Shown here: one piece after another, positions 46,301-54,687 of the stretch
How positions within the stretch are numbered: the first letter of the stretch is position 1
How the letters are laid out: every line of letters begins with the position of its first letter
Source: an uncultured Candidatus Saccharibacteria bacterium
GTDB lineage: Bacteria > Patescibacteriota > Doudnabacteria > UBA920
Direction: 5' to 3'
DNA: 64,000 nucleotides
Assembly (NCBI GenBank): GCA_964512925.1
Contig: CAZEKH010000004.1
Coordinates: 72,392-136,391, forward strand
The notes under the pieces: generated by a model
What the model was told of the DNA's origin: nothing
Database searches by the model: none
What the model saw: the letters and a program-made list of their open reading frames with translations, nothing else
Made by a program: the position numbers and the translations under genes

Positions 46301-47494
46301 ATGAAAAAATCCATTTATTTAGATTATGCCGCCTCAGCCCCCATAGTAAAAGAAGTCTTGGTAGAAATGTCTCGGATTGAACAAGAGATTTACGGCAACC
46401 CGTCCAGCTTGCACCAAAAGGGGAGAGAGGCTTTTTTACTCATAGAAAAATCCAGACAAAAAATTGCCGGGATTTTTTCTTCAAGTCCGGAAGAAATATA
46501 TTTTACTTCGGGCGGCACTGAAAGTTGTAATTTGGCAATTTTGGGATATGCTAGAGCACAAAAAAAGGGGAGTCACATAATCACAACCGCTTTTGAACAT
46601 CACGCTGTTTTAAATCCTTTAAAGCAGTTGGAGTTTGAAGGTTATAAAGTTACATACTTAAAACCCAGTCCGGAGGGTTTTGTTGAAGCTGAAAAAATTA
46701 AGAAAGCAATCAAAGCGGAAACTGTTTTGGTGACAGCGATGTATGCAAATAATGAAATAGGAACCATACAACCGGTAATTGAGATAGGAAAGTTAATAGC
46801 GGCAGAAAATAAACACAGAAGATCGCAAGGGAAAAAGCAGATAGTTTTTCATACGGACGCGTGCCAGGCGGCAGGGTATTTGGATTTAAATGTTCAAACC
46901 TTGGGCGTGGATTTGATGTCAATAAATGGAAGCAAAATCGGCGGTCCGAAAGGAGCCGGAGTTTTGTTTATAAAAAAAGGCATAAATTTAAAACCTTTGG
47001 TTTATGGAGGCGGGCAGGAAAGCAATATAAGGTCAGGAACAGAAAATACCGTTGGCATTGTAGGGCTTGCCAAAGCTTTGGAGCTGGCTCAGGGATCTAA
47101 AAGTAAAAATTACGCTAAAGTTAGCGAGTTAAGGAATTGGCTTTTTAAGAATATTTTAAAAGAAATTCCGAAATCTTATATAAATGGCAGTCTGGAAAAC
47201 CGACTACCCAATAACTTAAACCTCAGATTTGAGGGAGTTGAAGGGGAGATGTTGATGTTGTATTTAGATGCGAAGGGTATATTTATATCAACTGGAAGCG
47301 CGTGCAGCACTTCCGAAACATTACTTTCGCACGTATTAAAAAGTATTGGACTTTCAGATAGGGAGGCGAGGAGTAGTATAAGAATTACAATGGGTAAAGA
47401 AACTACTAAATCTGATCTAAAATATTTTGTATCAGTCTTAAAATCAAATGTTGAACTAATTAGAAAATCAAAAAATAGTTTTTTTATAGATTAA
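46301..47494 (+). CDS. Cysteine desulfurase (class V aminotransferase, NifS/IscS-like)
   Basis: PLP lysine context SINGSKIGGPKG; catalytic Cys in GSACS. Confidence 0.85.
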   Translation: MKKSIYLDYAASAPIVKEVLVEMSRIEQEIYGNPSSLHQKGREAFLLIEKSRQKIAGIFSSSPEEIYFTSGGTESCNLAILGYARAQKKGSHIITTAFEHHAVLNPLKQLEFEGYKVTYLKPSPEGFVEAEKIKKAIKAETVLVTAMYANNEIGTIQPVIEIGKLIAAENKHRRSQGKKQIVFHTDACQAAGYLDLNVQTLGVDLMSINGSKIGGPKGAGVLFIKKGINLKPLVYGGGQESNIRSGTENTVGIVGLAKALELAQGSKSKNYAKVSELRNWLFKNILKEIPKSYINGSLENRLPNNLNLRFEGVEGEMLMLYLDAKGIFISTGSACSTSETLLSHVLKSIGLSDREARSSIRITMGKETTKSDLKYFVSVLKSNVELIRKSKNSFFID

Positions 47495-47588
47495 TATAAA
47501 AAAAAATTTTTGAATAAAATCCCACTTAGTTTAACTGATTAAAAGTTCTTTATATCTGCTTAAGGGGAGTATTATTAGAAATATATAG

Positions 47589-47618
47589 TATGTCGCACAA
47601 TGTATCTTATGCGACATA
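47589..47618. repeat. Palindrome TATGTCGCA-N12-TGCGACATA embedded in an AT-rich imperfect longer palindrome
   Basis: 9-bp perfect arms. Confidence 0.7.
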
Positions 47619-47732
47619 TAATATATAAATTAACAAAATTATTTCTTTTTATCTCTTTGTTTTTGAATTAGTTTACCGTGCTTTCCGTTTAAAAGTTTTT
47701 CAAAAATAAAATTTATACATTGTATTAAACTT

Positions 47733-47762
47733 AAAACCCAAATGAATATTCATTTGGGTTTT
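47733..47762 (-). terminator. Perfect 30-nt palindrome AAAACCCAAATGAATATTCATTTGGGTTTT; probably the terminator of the minus-strand hydrolase operon
   Basis: Perfect inverted repeat with flanking A/T runs. Confidence 0.55.
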
Positions 47763-47841
47763 ATTGGCATATTATTGTTCCTATACTTTTTATTTTTAGC
47801 GGCAGTGAGGTATTACTTGTCCCCTATCTTTGTATAAAGGC

Positions 47842-48807
47842 CTAATTTTTACAGGCCGTGTCTAAATCTATGTGGATGTGGTCATATTTACGGGCATCAG
47901 TACCTGGGTTAACCTGAAGCCCTAACGAGCTGGCCTTTGCTTCAGCTGCCTTGCCTGCCGGGCTGGATCTGAAAGCTTGTGAACCGTCGGCAAAATCTAC
48001 TGCGCAAAAACGGTAATGATAAGAATTTTTAGCATGTTGGCCGGAGGATACGGAAGAGATTTGTATTTTGCCTTTAGCTGATCCGGCCTTGCATATTTCC
48101 ACCACAGCGGCAAAAATTTCCGGCTGGATACGCGCCGCTTCTTTTTGAAACCTGGCTGCGTCCTGCCAGCCGCAGCCGGCTTGGGTTATGAGCGCTGGGT
48201 CATTTGACCCTAAAGCGTTGAAAATTTGTCCAGAGGAATTTTTCACTCCAGTAACGTTTCCGCTAGAATCTATAACTTGTGTCCAGTCATCCCACCCCGT
48301 TGTATCCAAAGCCACGCTCGGCAGCTGTAGTTTTGGGAACTTCACTAAATCTGGGTTAATGGTTTTAAGGAGTAAATAACCACCCATCAGTAGCACAAGT
48401 CCGGTTAAGCTGGTAGCCAGCATATCTTTGGCTTTGGAAACAGATTCATTATTGCCCTCGGCTGACATATATAAGTATCCGGCTATAACTATGAAAAAGA
48501 CTGAGATGGTGGCCCCAACAATGATGGCAAGGCGGTAAAGCTTGTTGATACAGCTGTATAGATCTCCTTGCCCTGAGACTTTGACTGTGCTTCCGTTAAC
48601 TATGTTTGCGTTTCCTGAAATATTGCTGTTATCCGAAGGCGCGCAGAGATACTTTTTTATCTGATCTGAAACTCCTGTATAGCTGGAGCCTTTTTGGGTG
48701 TAGGGGTTTTGGGTTTGGGCAAAAACTAAATTTACATTTGCCAGTAAAATAGCAAAGCTGAAGAAAAGAAAAAAGACCAGTTTGATTTTTTGTTTTGAGA
48801 ATATCAT
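47842..48807 (-). CDS. Paralogue A: signal peptide plus two-helix membrane hairpin (TrbC/VirB2-pilin-like) fused to a C-terminal M15-type zinc peptidase (VanY/L-Ala-D-Glu peptidase-like)
   Basis: N-terminal 170 aa nearly identical to paralogue B. C-terminal zinc ligands in SYHYRFCAVDF and DHIHIDL. Confidence 0.6.
   Translation of the reverse strand: MIFSKQKIKLVFFLFFSFAILLANVNLVFAQTQNPYTQKGSSYTGVSDQIKKYLCAPSDNSNISGNANIVNGSTVKVSGQGDLYSCINKLYRLAIIVGATISVFFIVIAGYLYMSAEGNNESVSKAKDMLATSLTGLVLLMGGYLLLKTINPDLVKFPKLQLPSVALDTTGWDDWTQVIDSSGNVTGVKNSSGQIFNALGSNDPALITQAGCGWQDAARFQKEAARIQPEIFAAVVEICKAGSAKGKIQISSVSSGQHAKNSYHYRFCAVDFADGSQAFRSSPAGKAAEAKASSLGLQVNPGTDARKYDHIHIDLDTACKN
48300..48745. repeat. Direct repeat copy 1 (about 450 bp, roughly 90% identical to 49690-50130)
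   Basis: Aligned by eye: ggttttaaggagtaaataaccacccatca...gtgtaggggtttt. Confidence 0.8.
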
Positions 48808-49232
48808 TTTATGCAGGTTACTGACAGGTTGTTTTCCTGATTTTTTATAAGTTCCATATTTGCAGCCTTTAGAATAGGGTCAAAAAATACCGGGTTATTA
48901 AAAGAGCTTTTTGGATTTGAAGTTGTAAAAGGTTTAGCGCATTTAAGCCAAAGCAAATCGCCTGTTGTATTCAATTCTACTTGTCCGTAGTTTTCTAATT
49001 CTGGCAAAGACAATGTTTTGGGATAATCCTGATAAATCAATTCCGCTTTAAGTTGTTGATTTTTTTCAGTTAAAGACAGAATATAACTTTCTATGGTAGA
49101 AGTTGGTGTAATGTTTGTAGTTACAGGGTTCTTGATTGTTTGCGGTGTCTTCTCAACAAACAGAAGAGCGCCTATGGCAATTAGACCAAAAAATATTAGG
49201 ATAGAAAGTAAAATAATTATAAACTTATTCAT
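48804..49232 (-). CDS. Small membrane-anchored hypothetical protein (142 aa) between the two paralogues
   Basis: N-terminal TM segment; 4-nt overlap with the downstream gene. Confidence 0.45.
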   Translation of the reverse strand: MNKFIIILLSILIFFGLIAIGALLFVEKTPQTIKNPVTTNITPTSTIESYILSLTEKNQQLKAELIYQDYPKTLSLPELENYGQVELNTTGDLLWLKCAKPFTTSNPKSSFNNPVFFDPILKAANMELIKNQENNLSVTCIK

Positions 49233-49242
49233 AATATATTAT

Positions 49243-50211
49243 TTAGGCTCGAAATTTGTTAAGCCACGATGCAACAGCATCAACACCCTTATCCCAGGTG
49301 CCAAAATTTTGTTTGTTGCCGGCATCGTCATTTCCAACGTTGCCTGGGTTGAAGGTTTGCGCTCCAAGCCCTTTGGTTCCTAGCGAACTGTCGGTTTGCA
49401 TTATGGCAACCATAAGTTTTGCATCTACATTATATTTTGCCGCCGAAGCAAGAATCATTGAGCCGGTTAAGGGAGTTTTTGGAGCTGCTTTTTTTAAATA
49501 TGAATCTATGGTTTGGGGCGATGAAAAATCAATATTTTTCAAATCGTTATATATTTGGGTAACCAAAGCCTCATGATTAGAGGCAGTGGCATAAGGACCA
49601 ATATTATAGCCAGCTAAAATATGCGTCTGGGTTGAATTTCCCGCGCCTCCCCCTCCTCGCGTTGAGGTAAAAGAATAAGTATTCCACTCCGCAGCATCCA
49701 AAGCCACGCTTGGCAGTCTCAGTGTTGGGAATTTTACCAAATCCGGGTTAATGGTTTTAAGGAGTAAATAACCACCCATCAAAAGCACAAGTCCGGTTAA
49801 ACTGGTTGTTAATATATCTTTGGCTTTAGACACAGATTCGTTATTACCCTCGGCTGACATATACAAGTACCCGGCTATAACGATAAAAAAGACTGAGATG
49901 GTAGCTCCGACTATGATGGCAAAGCGGTAAAGTTTGTTGATACAGCTATACAAATCTCCTTGTCCTGAGATTTTGACCGTGCTTCCGTTAACTATATTTG
50001 CATCTCCTGAGATATTGTTGTTATCCGAAGGCGCGCAAAGAAACTTTTTTATTTGATCTGAAACTCCTGTGTAGCTTGAACCTTTTTGGGTGTAGGGGTT
50101 TTGACCAGCTGCGGGCAAAGCGTCAGTTTGGGCAAAGACATTGGAAACATTGCCAAAAAATATTCCAAACAGAATATAACAAAAGAAAAAAATTTGAAAT
50201 TGTTTTTTCAT
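49243..50211 (-). CDS. Paralogue B: the same signal peptide and TrbC/VirB2-like hairpin, fused to a C-terminal GH73/FlgJ-like (or lytic-transglycosylase-like) peptidoglycan glycosidase domain
   Basis: C-terminal AAKYNVDAKLMVAIMQTDSSLG...NPGNVGN resembles the glucosaminidase motif AQAILESGWG...NNLFG, with D at the acid position. Confidence 0.55.
   Translation of the reverse strand: MKKQFQIFFFCYILFGIFFGNVSNVFAQTDALPAAGQNPYTQKGSSYTGVSDQIKKFLCAPSDNNNISGDANIVNGSTVKISGQGDLYSCINKLYRFAIIVGATISVFFIVIAGYLYMSAEGNNESVSKAKDILTTSLTGLVLLMGGYLLLKTINPDLVKFPTLRLPSVALDAAEWNTYSFTSTRGGGGAGNSTQTHILAGYNIGPYATASNHEALVTQIYNDLKNIDFSSPQTIDSYLKKAAPKTPLTGSMILASAAKYNVDAKLMVAIMQTDSSLGTKGLGAQTFNPGNVGNDDAGNKQNFGTWDKGVDAVASWLNKFRA
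49690..50130. repeat. Direct repeat copy 2
   Basis: See copy 1. Confidence 0.8.
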
Positions 50212-50217
50212 TTTAGA

Positions 50218-51561
50218 TTATAAAAAATCCAGCGGGTTGTAGGTGTAGCCAAAAGGCAGGCGGTAAGAACCGTAAATGTTGCTGTATTTACCGTTTGAAA
50301 CCCCAAATCCTTCGGCGTCGTAGACGCCGAAATGTATGTGGTATCCCCTTTCCGGCCCATATAATTTTTTAGTGGTATTGCCTGTGTTGCCTTCGTATCC
50401 GACAATATCTCCCTGCAATACTTTTTGTCCGGGTTTTACTTTATAACTTCGTAAGTGTGCATATAAAGTTACGATGCCTCTTGATCCGCCGGAGGTGCTG
50501 ATGTTATGTTTGATAGCAACCCAGTTTCCATAAGCTTGATCTGAAGAGTCTGTGTATAAAACTTCTCCGTCTGCGGCCGCATATACGGGCTGTCCAGCCG
50601 GGGCTGCTATATCGATCCCATTATGAAAATTGTAACCCAAGGCGGTAAAGCCTGTATTTCCGTATTTTTGAGTTAAAATCCCGTCCATTGGCCAGGCTAA
50701 AACTCCTTTTTTTGCCGCTATGGTTTTTTTACCGAGTTTTGTCCTTATTTGTTCGTCAAGTTCATTGATTTCTTTTTGAATATCCTGCTCTTCTTTTTTG
50801 CTTGTGGCTAAAAGTTTTTGAAAATTGGATTCCAAACCTCTGGTTTGAGCGAGCAATTTTTCTTTTTGAGAACGTTGGGTGACCAGCGATTCCTTGCTTA
50901 TTTGCAGCTGCTCTTTTAGCTCATTTAAATTTTTTAACTGTATTGTTAATTCTTTTTGTTGTTGTTCCAGTCTTGCTTTCAGGTCTTTTATTTTTTTTAC
51001 CAGCTGGAAAATTTTATCTTGATAACTGTTATTGTACTCTATTTGGTCTAAAAATTCGGAAAGATTTTTCGCGCCCAATGTGGATTGGAGTTGGTATTGC
51101 TGGTCAAATTCATTTAGTTCCACTATCAGCTGGCTCAAAACTTTTTTGTTGTCCGCAATTTCTTTTATTTTTTGCTCTATGAGCTTTTCCGTTTCCGCTA
51201 TTTGGAGTTGAGTATCTTCAATTTGGGTGTTTTTTGCTTCTATTTGCAGTTCCATAGACGCAATTTCCCGGTCAAAAATGAAAACTTCGTTTTTGAGTGA
51301 ATTGGAAGCGTCTCTGGCTTTGGCGATTTGTTCGGTGTATTGCTTGATTTGTTTATTTAATTGTTCCAGCTTTTGCTGGCGCTGGTCTTTTTCGTTTTGC
51401 AGTTTAGTTGCGGCGTCTGTAGCGTCATCGGCTTTAGTTAAAAAAGCGCTCAAACAAAACATAAACAAAAAAACCGGCAAAGCAAACAAAGCCAACATTT
51501 TTCGTTTATTTTTTGTTTCAATGAGGTTAATCATTAAAATAATTATACCATAAATTTTCAA
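50218..51561 (-). CDS. Peptidase M23 (LytM) with an N-terminal TM/signal segment and a long coiled coil (EnvC/PcsB-like architecture)
   Basis: HNGIDIAAPAGQP, YAHL and HIHFGV M23 motifs with about 250 aa of coiled coil. The start may instead be at 51498. Confidence 0.85.
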   Translation of the reverse strand: MKIYGIIILMINLIETKNKRKMLALFALPVFLFMFCLSAFLTKADDATDAATKLQNEKDQRQQKLEQLNKQIKQYTEQIAKARDASNSLKNEVFIFDREIASMELQIEAKNTQIEDTQLQIAETEKLIEQKIKEIADNKKVLSQLIVELNEFDQQYQLQSTLGAKNLSEFLDQIEYNNSYQDKIFQLVKKIKDLKARLEQQQKELTIQLKNLNELKEQLQISKESLVTQRSQKEKLLAQTRGLESNFQKLLATSKKEEQDIQKEINELDEQIRTKLGKKTIAAKKGVLAWPMDGILTQKYGNTGFTALGYNFHNGIDIAAPAGQPVYAAADGEVLYTDSSDQAYGNWVAIKHNISTSGGSRGIVTLYAHLRSYKVKPGQKVLQGDIVGYEGNTGNTTKKLYGPERGYHIHFGVYDAEGFGVSNGKYSNIYGSYRLPFGYTYNPLDFL

Positions 51562-51603
51562 AAAATAAAAACCCGCAATTTTTTTTCAATGCGGGTTTTT
51601 TGT
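51562..51603 (-). terminator. Terminator after gltX, immediately before the M23 gene
   Basis: AAACCCGCA-N12-TGCGGGTTT with a T-run on the minus strand. Confidence 0.65.
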
Positions 51604-51611
51604 TTTATTTA

Positions 51612-53144
51612 TTATAATTCAGTAGCGGCTTGGATCAGTCTGTCTATTATCTCTTGTTTCCCTTGGCCAAACAACAGCACTGAAGCAACTTCAAAAGGTC
51701 CGGGACTTTTTTCTTGGCCGGTTAACGCATACCTCAAAGGCCATAATACAGAGCCGTTGTCGTAACCGTTTTTTTCTATAAAAGACTTAAGCTCCGTTTC
51801 AAGATTTGCTTTAGAAAATTTGGCCGTATCTAGAGTTTTGAAAAATTCCGCAAGCTCGTTTAAAACTTTTTTTGTAGACTCAGCCGTGGATTTTTTCCAA
51901 ACCATGAGCTTGGGGTCAACTTTCGGGCGGACAAAAAAGTATGTTGTCCGCTCCCCTATTTCCGAGAGTTTTTTTAGTCTTTCTTTTTCTAAGTTCGCGA
52001 TTTGTTCAAAATATTCGTGCGGCAGGACGGTTTTGTCAAAGTTTAAATGGTTAGCTTCCCAATACTTTAACCAGTAAGGCAAAAGCTCGTTGGTAAGTTT
52101 GCTTGGGTTCATTGTTTTAATGTATTGGCTGTTCATCCAGTCGAGCTTGTTTTGGTCAAAGACAGCCGGCGCTTTGTTTATTTTTTCCAAGTCAAAATTT
52201 TCCATGAGTTCATCCATACTGAAAATTTCTTGCTCGGTTTTCGGGTTCCAACCTAAAAAAGCCACAAAATTTATTAGCGCGTCTTTTAGATAGCCTTTGG
52301 ACAGAAAATCTTCAACAGCCACATCGCCTTGTCTTTTGGAAAGTTTTGACTTGTCTGGATTTAAAATCAGCGGCAAATGGGCGTACTGGGCGGGCTGAAA
52401 GCCCAAAGCATTGGCTATGAGCAAATGTTTTGGAGTGGACGGCAGCCATTCTTCCCCGCGGATAACGTGAGTAATTTTCATATGATGGTCATCTACGACA
52501 ACAGCAAGGTGGTAAGTCGGGAAGCCATCGGATTTTAGTATGACTTGGTCGTCTAAAATTTGGTTTTGATATTTGACCACGCCAAAAATCAGGTCGTTGT
52601 GCACTGTTTCTCCTTCAAGCGGGATTGCAAAACGGATGACCGGATTTTTACCCAAAGCCTTAAATTCGGCTTGTTTTTTTTCAATTTCTTTTGCGGTTAA
52701 ATTCCTGCAATGACGGTCGTACATCGGAGGTTTTTTTAGCGCAACCTGCTCTTTGCGAAGTTCATCAAGCCTTTCAGAAGAACAAAAGCAGAAATATGCT
52801 TTTTTTTCTTCCACCAATTGAAGAGCGTATTTTTGGTAAATTTCTAAACGTTTGGATTGAAGGTATGGGCCATAGTCCCCTTTCTCTTCTAAGCTTCCGT
52901 CGGGTTTTAAAAAATATCCTTCATCAAACCCAATACCAACTTCACTCATCACTTTCAGTAAATTTTCCACTGCCCCTGAAACTAGGCGGTTTTGGTCGGT
53001 ATCTTCTATGCGCAGGATATGACTGCCTTTGTTTTTTTTTGCAAATAAAAAAGAAAACAGCGCGGTTCTAAGCGAGCCTATGTGAACAAAGCCGGTGGGG
53101 CTGGGAGCAAAGCGAGTCCGTACAGATTGATCAAAATTGCCCAT
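51612..53144 (-). CDS. gltX: Glutamyl-tRNA synthetase
   Basis: HIGS (HIGH) and KLSKR (KMSKS) motifs. Confidence 0.9.
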   Translation of the reverse strand: MGNFDQSVRTRFAPSPTGFVHIGSLRTALFSFLFAKKNKGSHILRIEDTDQNRLVSGAVENLLKVMSEVGIGFDEGYFLKPDGSLEEKGDYGPYLQSKRLEIYQKYALQLVEEKKAYFCFCSSERLDELRKEQVALKKPPMYDRHCRNLTAKEIEKKQAEFKALGKNPVIRFAIPLEGETVHNDLIFGVVKYQNQILDDQVILKSDGFPTYHLAVVVDDHHMKITHVIRGEEWLPSTPKHLLIANALGFQPAQYAHLPLILNPDKSKLSKRQGDVAVEDFLSKGYLKDALINFVAFLGWNPKTEQEIFSMDELMENFDLEKINKAPAVFDQNKLDWMNSQYIKTMNPSKLTNELLPYWLKYWEANHLNFDKTVLPHEYFEQIANLEKERLKKLSEIGERTTYFFVRPKVDPKLMVWKKSTAESTKKVLNELAEFFKTLDTAKFSKANLETELKSFIEKNGYDNGSVLWPLRYALTGQEKSPGPFEVASVLLFGQGKQEIIDRLIQAATEL

Positions 53145-53202
53145 AATTAAATGAGATTATTATAAGATTACTAACTGATTATAGCTTTTTTATGGCGAAT
53201 AA

Positions 53203-54150
53203 TCAAACCTGGGAAGATTTAATTTTGTATTTAATCAGTTCGGATACAAGGCCCCAAGTTGCGTGGAAAATCCTTTTATATCTTTTGGGCTGGGTTAGAA
53301 GTCTCCATAACCATTCCAGACCCATTTGAGCTAGTATTTTTGGAGGCTTTGGGTATATGCCGGCTAAATAATCAAAAGTTCCGCCAACGCCCATAACCAA
53401 ATTGATGCTTGAAAGTTTTGGCAAATTTTCCAAAATCCACTTCTCCTGGCGGATAGGTCCAAACGCAACAAATAAAATATCAGGGTTTGCGATGTTTATA
53501 TCATCAATAATTGACACATCCTCGGGATTTTTGTTTGAATATTGAACCCTGATTTTTTGATCTGCTGATCTACTGATCAACTGTTCCGCTGCCAATTTCG
53601 GAGTTTCCCCAAATCCTCCAAGTAAATAAATTGACCAGTTATTTTTTTCCGCAAGCTCTGCAATGTCAGAAACTAGTTCTCGTCCCGGGATTCTTTCTAT
53701 TTGCGTACCAAGCCCCCTCCCCTGCCCTCCCCCGCCTGTGGCGGGAGATGGAGAAAAAAAAGGAAAGGCAAATTTGATTAGCACAGCTAACGCTTGAAAG
53801 TAGGCTTTAAAAATTATTTTCCAGTGGTTAACATTTTCTAGCTTGCCTTTGAACTTATTTTTTTCCCCTCTCCCCGAATCAGATGGGGGGGGAGAGTAGG
53901 GTGGGGGTGTGGGTGGTATTTCCAAATATGTTTTTGCCCACAAAATCCCAATACCGTCAGCTAGGGCAATGTCAGCTTTGTTTAGCATTTCTAAAATTTG
54001 TTTGTCGCGTAAAGCAGCATACAAAAATTCTGAGTACAAAGTCGTTACCCAGGTTTTTTGTTTGTTTCTAATATTTTTTTCTAATTCTTTCAGTAATTCA
54101 GGTTTAGAAAAGTTGTTAATCTTAAGTCCCGCAACATCAATTTTTTGCAT
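53203..54150 (-). CDS. WecB/TagA/CpsF family glycosyltransferase carrying an in-frame insertion of about 70 aa
   Basis: Conserved ADGIGILWA and VMGVGGTFDY blocks. The insert is PTPPPYSPPPSDSGRG...GGGGQGRGLG. Confidence 0.7.
   Translation of the reverse strand: MQKIDVAGLKINNFSKPELLKELEKNIRNKQKTWVTTLYSEFLYAALRDKQILEMLNKADIALADGIGILWAKTYLEIPPTPPPYSPPPSDSGRGEKNKFKGKLENVNHWKIIFKAYFQALAVLIKFAFPFFSPSPATGGGGQGRGLGTQIERIPGRELVSDIAELAEKNNWSIYLLGGFGETPKLAAEQLISRSADQKIRVQYSNKNPEDVSIIDDINIANPDILFVAFGPIRQEKWILENLPKLSSINLVMGVGGTFDYLAGIYPKPPKILAQMGLEWLWRLLTQPKRYKRIFHATWGLVSELIKYKIKSSQV
53709..53917. mobile_element. MITE-like insertion of about 210 bp inside the tagA-like gene: C/G-rich inverted termini around an AT-rich core, read through in frame
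   Basis: The right end contains CTCTCCCC-N12-GGGGAGAG (family core). The left end contains CCCGCC-TGT-GGCGGG. Confidence 0.55.
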
Positions 54151-54226
54151 TATATTTATTTACCCAATAATGTATCATTACTCTAATATTATACCCAAAA
54201 TCCACAAAATCAGCTATAATATCCCT

Positions 54227-54529
54227 ATGGAATTAATAGGTAAAATAGCTTCCAAAATAAAAAAATCAGAAAAGCCCAGGAAAAACCCGCATCTCCACTC
54301 CCCCACCCATCTGCTTGCTGAAGAGCTAACTTTGAAGCTGAATGATAAAAAACATTTTGCTTTTTACCTGAAAATGGCTGTACTTTATGACCATAACTGG
54401 CTTAGGAAGCTGGCTGGTGAGATTTTGGAAAACCGAAATGTGCAAACACCTGGTAAACTATTTGCGTACCTTATTAAAAAAGCCAACTTGGAAAAGAAAG
54501 CTGAGGCAAATATTGAAAAGGCAAAATAA
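54227..54529 (+). CDS. Hypothetical protein (101 aa)
   Basis: ATG at 54227 directly after TATAAT (54215-54220). The longer ORF-track version overlaps tagA antisense. Confidence 0.4.
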   Translation: MELIGKIASKIKKSEKPRKNPHLHSPTHLLAEELTLKLNDKKHFAFYLKMAVLYDHNWLRKLAGEILENRNVQTPGKLFAYLIKKANLEKKAEANIEKAK

Positions 54530-54687
54530 AAAAGCGCCAAAGGGGGCTGGCGCTGCTGTCAAGTCTCCCGGAGCTAGACCGTTCAAAAAGAAAGGGGAGC
54601 CTTTACTCCCATCGCATATTTCCCCCTTTATTTAGCAAGACACTTGCTAACAGTAAACTGATTATAAAGATAAATTTTTTTTAGTCA

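Noticed and set aside
53909-54635. 206-aa ORF 53909-54529 and 82-aa ORF 54387-54635
   Set aside because: The first 106 codons run antisense through the tagA-like gene and its GC-rich insert. Only the part from the ATG at 54227, which sits behind a TATAAT box, is kept. The 54387 ORF is an alternative frame of the same region.
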